A stretch of 62,948 nucleotides of DNA, filler included, from an uncultured bacterium (GCA_964371695.1; 24 parts of 24 records of this genome joined end to end with filler, not necessarily neighbours in it); one strand, 5' to 3'; positions 21,437-33,844 are shown, numbered from the whole stretch's first letter. A program made the numbers and translations. Notes: generated from the sequence alone by a model not told the origin.

Positions 21437-22012
21437 ACGAAAACCGTCCGTGCCCACCACAGTCACTTTTTCAGCGGCAGCATGGAAATAAATTCCGTTA
21501 AAATATAAACGAACATCGTTATATGCCGATGAGAAGCGTGTCCGGTTGATCAGCTTTTTAAGAAATAAGGCATCAAACGTCATGGCCGGGTAGACCACTT
21601 CTTTATGCGCCTGCACCGAGGGATATTCCGAAGCCGCCTGACCCGTGAAGCGGAAAAAGGTTTTTTGTGGCCGGGAGGGGTCCGCCACCTCAATGGTGTA
21701 ATCCGCCCCCACACTCAGCAACACTTTTTCCACAACCAGCGACCCCAACACCTCCTGCAAACGGTCCCGCTTGGTAAGCACTTCGCAGGAACCCTCTGCC
21801 CGCGAGATGGTTTCCGTCACGCTCGAGGCCACAATGGCAAAAGAAAGGTCATAACCCGTCACCCTGATGCCCTTGTCAGAGCAATCCAGTTTCAGACTGT
21901 CCAGAAGCGCCACCAGCGCTTTACCCGGCATGGCTTTGCCCGCAGCCTGAATCAGCTTGAGAAGCTCCTGACGGTCAATTTCACAGGTAAACAAGGGTTT
22001 GTCTTTAGACAT
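21437..22012 (-). CDS. dnaN: DNA polymerase III beta sliding clamp, 5' part
   Basis: YDL, EYP, RTRFSSAYNDVRLYFNGIYF, VVGTDGFR match beta-clamp motifs. Confidence 0.85.
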
Positions 22013-22366
22013 GGGCGACCAGTTTACCAACCCACACAAAAGACACAAACAGGCAACATGCACCAACAGGGTGTTTATCAACACCCTGCTCTTCCTTTTT
22101 TATAAGGTTAAAAGAAAACAGCAGTGGAAACAGTCATGGGAAGTATGTGAAAAACCATATACGAGCCTGTTTTGAACAGGCTGCTTGATGTGATGAAGGT
22201 GTGGTGTGAAATGAGGGATTGCGAAAAAAAGCACAAGTGGCGGACCTGTTGTGTGGTTAAACCGGTTTGTTCAAGGGTTGTTCCCAAAAAAGTCGAAGAC
22301 GCTGTGATTTTTGTCTGGCTTCACGGCACAAGTTGGCCAGAGGTCCATTGTTATTTTATGAAGAAC

Positions 22367-22457
22367 CCCTCACCCGGCAGTTTCGCGCTTCGCGCTCAGG
22401 CGGGCGGGGGCGCCCGCCCTACGTACGCGCCACCCTCTCCCCATAAAGGGGAGAGGG
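22367..22457. repeat. CCCTCTCCC...GGGAGAGGG palindromic element carrying a nested GTAG REP
   Basis: Near-identical inverted copy at 36978-37068; insert-free form at 39408-39457. Confidence 0.7.
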
Positions 22458-22622
22458 GACAATGTTGCCGGGTAGGGTGGATGAGCGAGGGGAGGGAATC
22501 GCCCTTCGTGGCCTCGCCATCCTGGCTTGGCCAGCCAGGCAGGGTCGCGCCCTTTCGCGCCATCCATGGCGCTCAGCGCTATGCGCCGGGCGCTTCCTTC
22601 GATTCTCTCCCTGACCACTTCG

Positions 22623-22695
<73 letters not shown>

Positions 22696-22826
22696 TAACT
22701 GTCTGAGGCAAAGAGTTTAAGAAAAGCGCGTCTGTCCTGCAATGGCCAAAGTTTTTATCCCGTGCTGCGTGCCCATTCACGCCCCGTGATAAAATCACGC
22801 CCCAACTCTTGTTCAGGAGCCTTTTC

Positions 22827-23933
22827 ATGCCTTCATTCATTCGCACCGCCCTGCTGGCAGTGGCGGCGGTATTCTGTTTCGCCGCGTCTCCCTCCCACGC
22901 GCTGGACCCGAAAAACAAACCGGCCTACGACCACTGGATCAAACTCAAGACGCGTTTCAAAACCGCCAAGACCTTTTCCTGCGACCTCTTCAACTGGGGG
23001 TTTCAAACCGCCCACTTCATCAAGGTGTTCAAAGAGAAGCACTCCTATGTGCCGCCGGAAAAACGCGCCACCGAGCCGCCCCTGGTGCCCGACTGGCGTT
23101 ACCGGATCTATAACCTCAAATATCTCGCGCCCGACCACATCATGGTCACTTACAAAAAATCTCTGAAGGAAGACACCGAGCGCGGCACCATCATCAACAA
23201 GGCCGTGGGCCTGGTGCTCAAACACGTGCCGGGCACCATTATCACTTTTGGCCATTACAAGTCGTGGGAGTTTGACGACCGGGGCAACAAACGCCGCGCC
23301 CTTGGCCCCACCGAGGCCTTTGCCCGCAGCAAGCTGCACCCCAACCTGCAATCCGTGGCCCTCAAGCCCCTGGGCCTTTTCGACGCCACCATCAAGTTCC
23401 CCTACATCACCAACGAAAAATTCGCGGTCATTCCCGTGCCCTTCCTTTATAAGGCGGCCATGAAAATCATGATGATCGCCAGCCGCAACGAGATTTACCG
23501 CAAGCCCAACCGCGAAATGCTCGACACCCGCGGTTACTCCATCCGCGACGTGGCCATCCACCGGGTGATGGACCAGTACGAGCATTATTTCAACGACGGC
23601 GTTGTCACGCTTCAGCCCAGCGCCCAGTTCACCGAAAGCGACTACGCACTCAACGAGTCCACCGGCTGGCTCACCCTCAAAAACGTCAACAAACCCAAAA
23701 CCATCATGAAGTTCGTGATGATTCCCAAAGACCTGAAAAAGGCCAGGGGCATCACCAAAATGGAGGCTTTCTTCGACCCCAAAGCCAACCTTTTTTATGG
23801 CCTGCACGAATATGAAAACGGCAAGCTGGTGGGCGTGATGCAGTTTCAGGGCCTGAAAATGGAAGACCCCACGGTGAACCTGAAGGTGTGGGAAGACTAC
23901 TTCAAGGGCCGGAAAATCTCCGAGACCAGCTGA
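22827..23933 (+). CDS. secreted hypothetical protein
   Basis: SD AGGAG, signal peptide (..PSHA), host-like codon usage, no motif recognised. Confidence 0.8.
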   Translation: MPSFIRTALLAVAAVFCFAASPSHALDPKNKPAYDHWIKLKTRFKTAKTFSCDLFNWGFQTAHFIKVFKEKHSYVPPEKRATEPPLVPDWRYRIYNLKYLAPDHIMVTYKKSLKEDTERGTIINKAVGLVLKHVPGTIITFGHYKSWEFDDRGNKRRALGPTEAFARSKLHPNLQSVALKPLGLFDATIKFPYITNEKFAVIPVPFLYKAAMKIMMIASRNEIYRKPNREMLDTRGYSIRDVAIHRVMDQYEHYFNDGVVTLQPSAQFTESDYALNESTGWLTLKNVNKPKTIMKFVMIPKDLKKARGITKMEAFFDPKANLFYGLHEYENGKLVGVMQFQGLKMEDPTVNLKVWEDYFKGRKISETS

Positions 23934-24077
23934 CCGGTTATTGAGAAAGGCCCTCCTGGCCTTTCTCAATCCATTTTNNNNNNNNNNNNNNNNNNNNNNN
24001 NNNNNNNNNNNNNNNNNNNNNTTAATTAATTAANNNNNNNNNNNNNNNNNNNNNNNNNNNNNNNNNNNNNNNNNNNN

Positions 24078-24616
24078 GCCGTTCCACCCAGGGCCACGGC
24101 CACGCGCTCGCGCACTTCTTCCACATAATCCACCACCAGGCTGTCCTGGCTGTGAAACGAGAACTCAAGCGTGAACACGCCGCCGGGGTTGCCCGCCGCG
24201 TGCTGCTTGGCCTTGCCGATGAAATCCACCAGGGCGGTGTAACCCTCCTGGTCGCGGGCCTTGAGAAACGACCCCGCCGCCAGCACCATGTTGCGCTGGT
24301 CTTCGGTGAGAGAATCAAAACCATCCAGGGCAGCGTGAAGCTCTGAGAGCGCCGGGTCGTTTTTGGCCTGGGCCACGGTGGTTCCGTCCACCTTGGCGCC
24401 GCCGCCGCCCCCCACCGTGAGCTTCATGTCCACCTCGGTGAGACGATGCTGCTCAATATGCACCTTATAGGCGCGGGTGCGCTCCAGCACGGTCTCGAGG
24501 GCGGGGTCACTCTCTCGCCGCACGGCCTGATTGCCCGTTTGAGGGGGCAAAGAAGGCAGCCGCAAGGCGCTCTGAAGCGGTGAAAGGCTGTTGGGATTAA
24601 TGCGGCCCAGATCCAT
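24078..24616 (-). CDS. hypothetical protein, partial
   Basis: SD GGAGG before ATG 24616; open to contig end. Confidence 0.7.
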
Positions 24617-24649
24617 GGCGGTCCTCCAGGGAGTCGTTCCCTGTTCTTA

Positions 24650-24676
24650 TCTACGGCAAAAAAAGACCTGTCTTTA
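24650..24676 (-). promoter_or_regulatory. putative sigma-28 promoter
   Basis: TAAA-N15-GCCGTAGA upstream of 24616. Confidence 0.5.
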
Positions 24677-24835
24677 GAATCTGTTTTTAAAGTCCATCCT
24701 GGACTTTAAAAACCAAACGCCTTCGGGGGCAAAACCCCCTCGGCGTGGCGAAAACCTGTGCTTTTTCAAAGCTCCGGTTTTCGGGCGCGGGCATCCATGC
24801 CCGCGTTGCACATGGCGCAATTTATTAACAGGCGA
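24677..24835. mobile_element. ~160-nt multi-hairpin MITE-like element
   Basis: Core GCGAAAACCTGTGCTTTTTCAAAGCTCCGGTTTTCG and hairpin layout shared with 46658-46819. Confidence 0.65.
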
Positions 24836-24843
24836 TCAAACCT

Positions 24844-25488
24844 TCATGTTTGATCTATCAGGGGTTTACAGAGACGGCTAAAAACCCGTTTAACGGGGTC
24901 ATAGGCCCACAGTTCCCCTTTGTTCAGATCAAAATGCCAGCCGTGCAGGTGCAGCGTGCCCTGCTTCACCCGGTCTTTCACCCAGGGAAAAGTGGCCGTG
25001 TTTTTCAGGGACAGCAAAACGGCGGCCTGCTCCAGAGACCGGGCCCGCAGAGCCTGGGACTTGCCGGGCAGCTCGGCCAGCACTTTTTTGCGGGCCGGGG
25101 CGGCCATGCGCACCCACTTGCCCAGAAACTCCCGGTCGGCTTTTCCCTCCAGGAGCGCCTGAATGCCCCCGCAATCGCTGTGGCCCAGCACCACGATGTG
25201 TTCCACGTCCAGGTCCCGCACCGCAAATTCCAGCGCGGCGCTCACCCCGTGATAGTGGCCGTCGCGCTCATAGGGCGGCACCAGATTGGCCACGTTGCGC
25301 ACCACAAACAGGTCGCCGGGCTTCCCCCCCAGCAACAGGGCCGGGTCCACGCGGCTGTCCGAGCAGCCGATGAGCATCACCTTGGGACTTTGTTTCTCCT
25401 TGAGTTGCTCGAACAGGCCGCTGTCGCTGCTGAAATACGCCTGTTTGAACTTGGCGAAACCTTCGATGAAATGGGCGATGTCCTTCAT
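24844..25488 (-). CDS. can: beta-class carbonic anhydrase
   Basis: GCSDSRV, RNVAN, GHSDCGG Zn ligands. Confidence 0.96.
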   Translation of the reverse strand: MKDIAHFIEGFAKFKQAYFSSDSGLFEQLKEKQSPKVMLIGCSDSRVDPALLLGGKPGDLFVVRNVANLVPPYERDGHYHGVSAALEFAVRDLDVEHIVVLGHSDCGGIQALLEGKADREFLGKWVRMAAPARKKVLAELPGKSQALRARSLEQAAVLLSLKNTATFPWVKDRVKQGTLHLHGWHFDLNKGELWAYDPVKRVFSRLCKPLIDQT

Positions 25489-25562
25489 GGGGCCAGGGAT
25501 TCATTGTGGGGGAAAAAGTGGGCGACTGAAAAAGATGGGAGCTTTTTTCTTTTTCCGACTCC

Positions 25563-26459
25563 CTATTTTTTCTTCTCCATCTTCTTAAGCCACGCCTGAC
25601 GTTTTTGCCGCAGGGCTGGGGCGCGACCGGACAACTCATAGGCAACGGCCTCGGACAGAAACCACCTGGGGGCATAACGCACCCATTGCAGCGTGAGGCC
25701 GCCGGGCGGGGCCACGCGCATGAAGGGGCTGTCCTGCGGGTGACGCAGGGCGCGGCTGATGGCGGCGGCGGGTTGCTCGCCCCGCCCCACGTTCACCAGC
25801 GCCCCCATCAGGCGGCGCACCATGCGATATAAAAAACCATTCGCCTCAAAACTGAAGCGCCACAGGTCCCCTTCCCTTTTCAGGCGGGCCGCAGACAGGT
25901 CGCGCACAAAGGTCAGCTCATCGCCGCGCTCGGTGCAAAAAGCGCGAAAATCGTGCCGCCCCTTCAGGCGGTTCAGGGCGTCGCGCACGGCGGTTTCATC
26001 CAGCGTGTCGTGCAGAAACCAGCAGCGGTCCCGCAGCAGGGGGTGGCGATGGGTGCGGGTCATCAGCAGGTAGTCATAACGTTTGCGCCGGGCGTCGTGG
26101 CGGGGGTGAAAGTCACCCTGCACGGGCTTCAGATCCACCACCGCCACAGCAGGGGGCAGGCAGGCGTTGATCCCCAACTTCAGACGTTCCGGCTCCCAGG
26201 GCCGGGGCAACATCACCATCACCGGCATGGCCAGGGCATGGACACCCGAATCGGTGCGCCCCGCCGACAAAGCGGGCACGGGCCTGCCGCCATGAACCCG
26301 CGCCAGGGCTTCTTCCAGGGCCTTTTGCACCGTGGGTTTGTGACCCTGACGCTGAAAACCGGCAAAATCCGCGCCGTCGTATTCCACCCACAACACCACC
26401 GGCCACACCAGCCCCTGTGTGGCCAGTTCCGGCGGCAACGGTGGCACAAACGTTTCCAT
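25563..26459 (-). CDS. truA: tRNA pseudouridine(38-40) synthase
   Basis: EYDG..F.GFQ, AGRTDSGVHA, GRHDF..F, NGFLYRMVR, APPGGL. Confidence 0.95.
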   Translation of the reverse strand: METFVPPLPPELATQGLVWPVVLWVEYDGADFAGFQRQGHKPTVQKALEEALARVHGGRPVPALSAGRTDSGVHALAMPVMVMLPRPWEPERLKLGINACLPPAVAVVDLKPVQGDFHPRHDARRKRYDYLLMTRTHRHPLLRDRCWFLHDTLDETAVRDALNRLKGRHDFRAFCTERGDELTFVRDLSAARLKREGDLWRFSFEANGFLYRMVRRLMGALVNVGRGEQPAAAISRALRHPQDSPFMRVAPPGGLTLQWVRYAPRWFLSEAVAYELSGRAPALRQKRQAWLKKMEKKK

Positions 26460-26715
26460 GGGCGAAGGATAATGCCGCTCCCTGCGGATGGCACACCCCA
26501 TTTGCCGTTGGCTCAAAGTGAGTAGCGGCGATGCCCCTGTCCATAGCCGTTAACCCTACTGGAGTAGCGGCGGTGTCGCTATCGCCTTTGCTCGGCCAGA
26601 TGCCCCAATGGGCATNNNNNNNNNNNNNNNNNNNNNNNNNNNNNNNNNNNNNNNNNNNNTTAATTAATTAANNNNNNNNNNNNNNNNNNNNNNNNNNNNN
26701 NNNNNNNNNNNNNNN

Positions 26716-26862
26716 GGCCTCTCTGGCGCGCTTCAGGCCCTCCTGGGCGTTGGTGAAGCCCTCAAAGGCATATCCCTCGCCCGACAGCATCTCTCCCACG
26801 ACTTCCACGATTTCCGCTTCATCGTCAATGAACAGAATGCGTTTTCCGGCCTGGGCTGTCAT
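26716..26862 (-). CDS. response-regulator receiver domain, 5' fragment
   Basis: RILFIDDE...L..EGY. Confidence 0.8.
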
Positions 26863-26953
26863 GGGCTTCATTATGCCTCAACGCGCCGAGTGGTAAAGGG
26901 CAGGAATGATTCCGGCTTGTGGCCTTCCCCCCCTGTTTTTATAGTGGCCCTCC

Positions 26954-28723
<1,770 letters not shown>

Positions 28724-28733
28724 AACTCCCGGC

Positions 28734-29240
28734 CTACTCTTTGCGTGTTGACGCAACGGACGCCAGGGGCAAAAAAAGCATCAGCGGTGTGCTGGGCAAG
28801 GGCATGAAACCATGGTGCCGGTAAAAGGCGGCGGCGGTTTCGTCTTTTGCGTCCACCAGCAGGGCATAGGCGACAATCTCGGAACGCGCGGTGCGAAGCA
28901 GGGCGTCGGCCAGCAGTGCGCCCCCCAGTCCCTTTCCCTGAAAATGCCTGTCCACCGCCAGCCGCCCCAGCCGCACCGCCGGAACAGAAGGATAACGGGG
29001 CAGCTTTTTGGCCAGTTTCTCTGGCAGGTCGCCCAGCAGCACGCTGGCAGAGGCCAGGGTGTAAAAACCTGCGATTTGGTCTTTCTGTGTGAGGGCCACA
29101 AAACAGGCGGCCACACGGCGGCGAATGTCCTGTGTGACCTGCTGGTGGAAATAAAGGTCAAGGGCCGGTGAGCCGCTGTGAAAAGCTGTGCGGTCCGTTG
29201 CAGGGTCCAGCGGCGCAATGCGAAAAGGCGCGTCTTTCAC
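28734..29240 (-). CDS. GNAT acetyltransferase toxin (TacT/AtaT-like)
   Basis: F.SG...LD.Y, LPRYP.VPAVRLGRLAVD...QGKGLG, VDAKD..A..FY; the expected DUF1778 antitoxin would lie beyond the contig end. Confidence 0.85.
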   Translation of the reverse strand: MKDAPFRIAPLDPATDRTAFHSGSPALDLYFHQQVTQDIRRRVAACFVALTQKDQIAGFYTLASASVLLGDLPEKLAKKLPRYPSVPAVRLGRLAVDRHFQGKGLGGALLADALLRTARSEIVAYALLVDAKDETAAAFYRHHGFMPLPSTPLMLFLPLASVASTRKE

Positions 29241-29515
29241 TCAGATTTCACCNNNNNNNNNNNNNNNNNNNNNNNNNNNNNNNNNNNNNNNNNNNNTTAA
29301 TTAATTAANNNNNNNNNNNNNNNNNNNNNNNNNNNNNNNNNNNNNNNNNNNNGGGAAGCCCATTGCCCTCCATGGCGGCTGGTCCCAGGGCAGTCATTCA
29401 TGACTGCCCGTTCGGCGGGGGGTTTGGGGGGCAACGCCCCCCATCCGCAACTTTTCTAAAAACATAATCGGAGCTTGCTTGTTCGGGCCTGTTGAGTTCG
29501 GGACAATAAACACCC

Positions 29516-30631
29516 GTGTCCACCCCACTGCTTCAAGCCGCCATTCTGGGCGCAGGGCGCATTGCCCTGCCCGCCCACGGCCTGCCCCTGCTGCTGCACC
29601 CGCTGGCGCAGACCGCCGCCGTGTGCGACGTGAACGAAACCGCCGCCACGCGGCTGGCCCGTCTGGTGAACGCCAAAAAGGTTTACACCAGCGCCCAGGA
29701 AATGCTGGCCCAGGAAAAATCGGACTTTGTCTGCATCTGCACACCCCCCTGGCTGCATGAGGAACACACCCTGCTGGCGCTGGAACACGGCGCAGCGGTG
29801 CTGGTGGAAAAACCCCTCACGTCCGACGCCGCTGCATCGGCGCGTCTGACCAAAGTGGCGCAGAAATTTTCGCCGCCCGTTTGGGTGGGTTATCACAAAC
29901 GGTTCGACGCCGGGCTTCAACACCTGGCCCAGGAGCTTCAGCAGCAGACCTTCGGCCCCTGTTTTCACGCCGATTTCAACTGGCGGGGTCTGTGGACCGT
30001 GGCCAACGTGCCCGCCGTGAAGGAGCTCAAAAAAACGGCCTCGGCGCTGGGCCTGAGCACCGAGGCGCTTTTTCCCGCGTGGCGCGACGAAGACCCCCGC
30101 AGCCCCGGCGCAACCGCCACGGTGTTTTGTCACCTGCTGGATTTGGCCATGGCGTTTTTTGGTCAACCGGAGCGCTGGCACGGCGAGGCGCTCGCCACCA
30201 GCGGCGGCAAGGCGGACCACTTTGTCGTCACCCTGCGGTTTGCCACCGCCACCGCCACACTGCGCATGAGCGCCAGCGAGTTGAGTTTTGAAGAAAAAGA
30301 AGAGGGTGTGTTCTACACCCCCCAGGCCACTTACCGCTATGAAACCAACAGCAACCGTCAGGCCCTGTTGCCCGCACGGGTGTGGCGCACCACGGCGCGG
30401 GGTGCGTTTGCCCACCAACAGGAAATCACGCCGCGCACCGGCGCGGACCCACGGCGGCTCTCGGCCCATTACCGCAAGCTGGACGCCCTGATCAAAACGC
30501 TGTCCGGCACTCCCCCTGCCCTTTCTCTGACGCCCTGCTCACTGGCGCAAGCCACGGTGGTAGACAGCATTGTGCAGCAACTCACCCAGGGCAAAACCAG
30601 CGGCGGCACACGGGAGAAAAAACATGGTTGA
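29516..30631 (+). CDS. Gfo/Idh/MocA family oxidoreductase
   Basis: GAGRIA, CTPPWLH, VLVEKP, VGYHKRF, CHLLD. Confidence 0.88.
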   Translation: MSTPLLQAAILGAGRIALPAHGLPLLLHPLAQTAAVCDVNETAATRLARLVNAKKVYTSAQEMLAQEKSDFVCICTPPWLHEEHTLLALEHGAAVLVEKPLTSDAAASARLTKVAQKFSPPVWVGYHKRFDAGLQHLAQELQQQTFGPCFHADFNWRGLWTVANVPAVKELKKTASALGLSTEALFPAWRDEDPRSPGATATVFCHLLDLAMAFFGQPERWHGEALATSGGKADHFVVTLRFATATATLRMSASELSFEEKEEGVFYTPQATYRYETNSNRQALLPARVWRTTARGAFAHQQEITPRTGADPRRLSAHYRKLDALIKTLSGTPPALSLTPCSLAQATVVDSIVQQLTQGKTSGGTREKKHG

Positions 30632-31889
30632 GCGCGTCAAGTTCCCCATGCTCGGACGCCACAAAACCGTGGCGGCCTTCAAGGATCACTTGGCCGCGCT
30701 GGACCCTTCCGTGCCCTGCGACGACGAGATTTTGCCCGCGCCCCAAAACCCCCTGGCCCAGCCCCTCACCCTGTTTGGCAAAACCCTGTTCAACCGCTTT
30801 GCCATTCAACCCATGGAAGGCTGGGATGGCGACACGAACGGCAACCCCGGCCCCCTTACCATTCGGCGGTGGGAGAACTTTGGCAAGAGCGGCGCAGCGC
30901 TGATTTGGGGCGGCGAGGCCGTGGCGGTGCAGGCCAGCGGCCGGGCCAATCCCAATCAGCTTCTGATCAATCCAGACACACTGCCGGGCCTTGAAAATCT
31001 GCGCCTGTCACTGATGAAGGCGCACCATACACAGTTTGGCCCGGACAACACGCCGGTGATCGGTCTGCAACTCACCCACAGCGGGCGGTTTGCCCGGCCC
31101 CGCGACAAAACACGTCTGGAACCCCGCATCGCCTGCGCCCATCCGGTGCTGGATAAAAAGTTTGACGTGGAAACCAACACCGCCGTGTTGACCGACGACG
31201 AGGTGCGCGCTCTCATCGGCGACTTTGTGCAGGCTGCCGTGCTGGCGCAAAAAGCGGGTTATGACTTTGTGGACATCAAGCATTGCCACGGTTATCTGCT
31301 GCACGAATTTCTGGGGGCCCATCAGCGCCAAGGCCCCTATGGGGGCACTTTTGAAAACCGCACGCGCATTTTGCGCGAGGTGGCCGCAGGTGTGCGGCAG
31401 GCCGCGCCGGGGCTGGCCATTGGGGTGCGGCTGAGCGCCGTGGACATGGCCCCCTGTCGCAAGTCCCGCGGTGGCCAGCCGGTGGGCGTGGCCGAAGGCA
31501 GCCCGCCGGACGCCCCCCGCTGGGGCTTTGGTATCCATCCGCAAAACCCCCTGCTGCCCGACGCCACCGAGACCCACGCCTTTCTGGATCTGCTCACCAA
31601 ACTGGATATCGAAGCGGTGAACATTTCCATCGGCAGCCCCTATTACAACCCCCACATTCAGCGCCCCGCCGCTTATCCGCCCAGTGACGGTTATCTGCCC
31701 CCGGAAGACCCCCTGCTGGGCGTGGTGCGCCACCTGCAACTGGTGCGGGAACTGAAAGCCCGCCATCCTGCACTGGTGTTCGTGGGGTCGGCCTATACCT
31801 ATCTGCAACAGTTTCTGCCCCACGTGGCCCAGGCCGTGGTGCGCGAGGGCTGGGCCGACGTGGTGGGCCTGGGGCGCATGGTGCTGAGT
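30624..31889 (+). CDS. NADH:flavin oxidoreductase (Old Yellow Enzyme family), partial
   Basis: NRFAIQPMEGWD, QLTHSGR, DIKHCHGYLLHEFL, YGGTFENRTR. Confidence 0.92.
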
Positions 31890-31989
31890 NNNNNNNNNNN
31901 NNNNNNNNNNNNNNNNNNNNNNNNNNNNNNNNNTTAATTAATTAANNNNNNNNNNNNNNNNNNNNNNNNNNNNNNNNNNNNNNNNNNNN

Positions 31990-32633
31990 ACCCCGCCCTT
32001 GATTTTCACCACGCCCACAAAGTTCACGCTGCCCGTGGCCAGACACACGTCGCCATCCACCAGAAAAATGGGGCTGACTGAAATTTTGCTGTCACGCCAG
32101 ATCACCTGACCATCAATGCCGCTGTAGGCCGCGTTGCCATCGGGACTGAGGCGCACGTTGGCCCCCACCGGCAGGGCGATTTCCTTGCCCGGCGCGGCGG
32201 GAATCATCCGTCCCCGGATGCTCATGCCGTCCTGTCCCATTTCGGGGGGAATCTTGATGGCCAGCAACTGCCCCTCGGTGACGTTGTTGATGGCGCTGGC
32301 CTTGCGCCAGTCCACCCGGCCTTCGTCGTCGGTCATCTGTTTGGATTCAACACCATCCAGACTCACCTGCCAGTCCACCGTGGCGTCTTTACCGGGCCTG
32401 GGCGATTCGCCCTTGGCCACTACCACCTTCTGGTTGAACTGGCCCAGCACGATCATCTCCTCAATGGTCTGCATGTCCACGCCGTGATTGACATGAGCCT
32501 TGCTCAGGGCCTCCAGCGCGGCCTCCTTGCTCACCGGCTCGCCCCCGAAATCGGGCGGCACAATGGTGAGGAACGCTTTCATGGCGTCCCCGGAAATCTC
32601 CACAATGGCCTTGCCGTTGGGGTCTTTATCCAT
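31990..32633 (-). CDS. FapA/DUF342 family protein, partial
   Basis: D.M.A.L, VAKG..P..GKD, G.VDW, V..GQLLA, VDGDV..ATGSV.F.G.V.I.G. Confidence 0.85.
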
Positions 32634-32636
32634 GGG

Positions 32637-33260
32637 TTACTGTTCGGCTCCCAGGGATTTGAGTTTTTCCTCGGCTTCTTTGTAAAACACCGAATCGGTG
32701 TCCGGCTCCAGGCTCAGGAAGTGTTTCAGGTGCTCGGCGGTGGTCTCTTTGTCGCCCCGTTTTTCAAACAGCAGCGCCAGATTCCAGTGAATGGACGAGC
32801 GGTTTTCCTTGTCCAGCCGCAGGGCGGCGTTCAGGGATTCCTCGGCTTCGTCCAGTTGACCCATCTGCACCTGCACATAACCCAGGTTGTCCAGCGCCAC
32901 CACATAGTCGGGGTTCAGCTTGATGGCTTTTTTGTACCAGGTGCTGGCTTTTTCGTTTTGGCCCTTCAGGCGAAAAAGCGTGCCCTTGGCGCACACGGGT
33001 TTGTCAAAGGAAGGATCAGCCGCGATGGCTTCATCCAGCAGCGTCATGGCGCTGTCCAGGTCTTTTTCCACCTTGGCGTCGTCTTCCTTTTCTCCCTTTT
33101 TCTTGCCGGAGTCAATCCGCTCCAGAATCATGATGGCCTTGTCGGTGTTGTCCTGGGCCACCTGCTTTTTGTTGCCGCAGCCCGAAAAAGTCAGACCCAG
33201 AACAAAAAGCAGGCAAAGGGATCCCCACCGCGGGAGGTGTCGTTGTTGGGTCTGGGTCAT
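32637..33260 (-). CDS. TPR lipoprotein
   Basis: Lipobox FSGC; repeats AIKLNPDY..ALDNLG, HWNLA. Confidence 0.85.
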   Translation of the reverse strand: MTQTQQRHLPRWGSLCLLFVLGLTFSGCGNKKQVAQDNTDKAIMILERIDSGKKKGEKEDDAKVEKDLDSAMTLLDEAIAADPSFDKPVCAKGTLFRLKGQNEKASTWYKKAIKLNPDYVVALDNLGYVQVQMGQLDEAEESLNAALRLDKENRSSIHWNLALLFEKRGDKETTAEHLKHFLSLEPDTDSVFYKEAEEKLKSLGAEQ

Positions 33261-33703
33261 GGATGATGCTCCTCTTGTCCGTTTTGTTGATGAATGGCGG
33301 CCACGGCGGGTGTTTTCTTCTTTTTCACCACCACCGGGTCGCCTTCGTTAAGTTCCTTTAATAAAGTCAGGTCTTCCTGCGAAATTTTGCCAATAACCGT
33401 CACGGCGCTGGCGGGGCGACATTCTTCATCCAGCGAAGCGGGTGTCGGCCCCCAGAAAAAACACAACGCGCTGCCCGGCGCCCACCAGCACACATCCCCC
33501 ACTTCCACCACTTCCTGCAATTCACCGGCAGCGATGGGCAGTTCGGTGGAAAGATACATTTCGTCTCCCCACAACTTGGCCGAGGCCTGCAACGGCAGCG
33601 ACTGGAACACCTTTTTGGCCACGGGGTTATCCAGCAGGGCAATGTTCAGCACACCCTGTCCCAGGGCGGCCTCCATGTAAAGTGATGGTGAACTCTCATC
33701 CAT
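33257..33703 (-). CDS. cyclophilin-like fold protein (TM1367/DUF369-like)
   Basis: LPL.....WGDEMY, GDVCWW.PG.ALCFFWGPTP.S, PASAV.VIG. Confidence 0.8.
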   Translation of the reverse strand: MDESSPSLYMEAALGQGVLNIALLDNPVAKKVFQSLPLQASAKLWGDEMYLSTELPIAAGELQEVVEVGDVCWWAPGSALCFFWGPTPASLDEECRPASAVTVIGKISQEDLTLLKELNEGDPVVVKKKKTPAVAAIHQQNGQEEHHP

Positions 33704-33815
33704 AAAGAAGAAATCCTAGCGTCCGTTTCACCGCCGGGCAATGGCACAACCCCCGATACCAGCAAAGAGGAAAATCGGGGAAACCTGATTTCTTTTCAAA
33801 GGCCAATCATTCCGT

Positions 33816-33844
33816 TTGCCAAGCCAACCCCCTGCGATTAGAGT
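33816..33844 (+). promoter_or_regulatory. sigma-70-type promoter of infB
   Basis: TTGCCA-N17-TAGAGT followed by SD AGGAGG. Confidence 0.55.
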
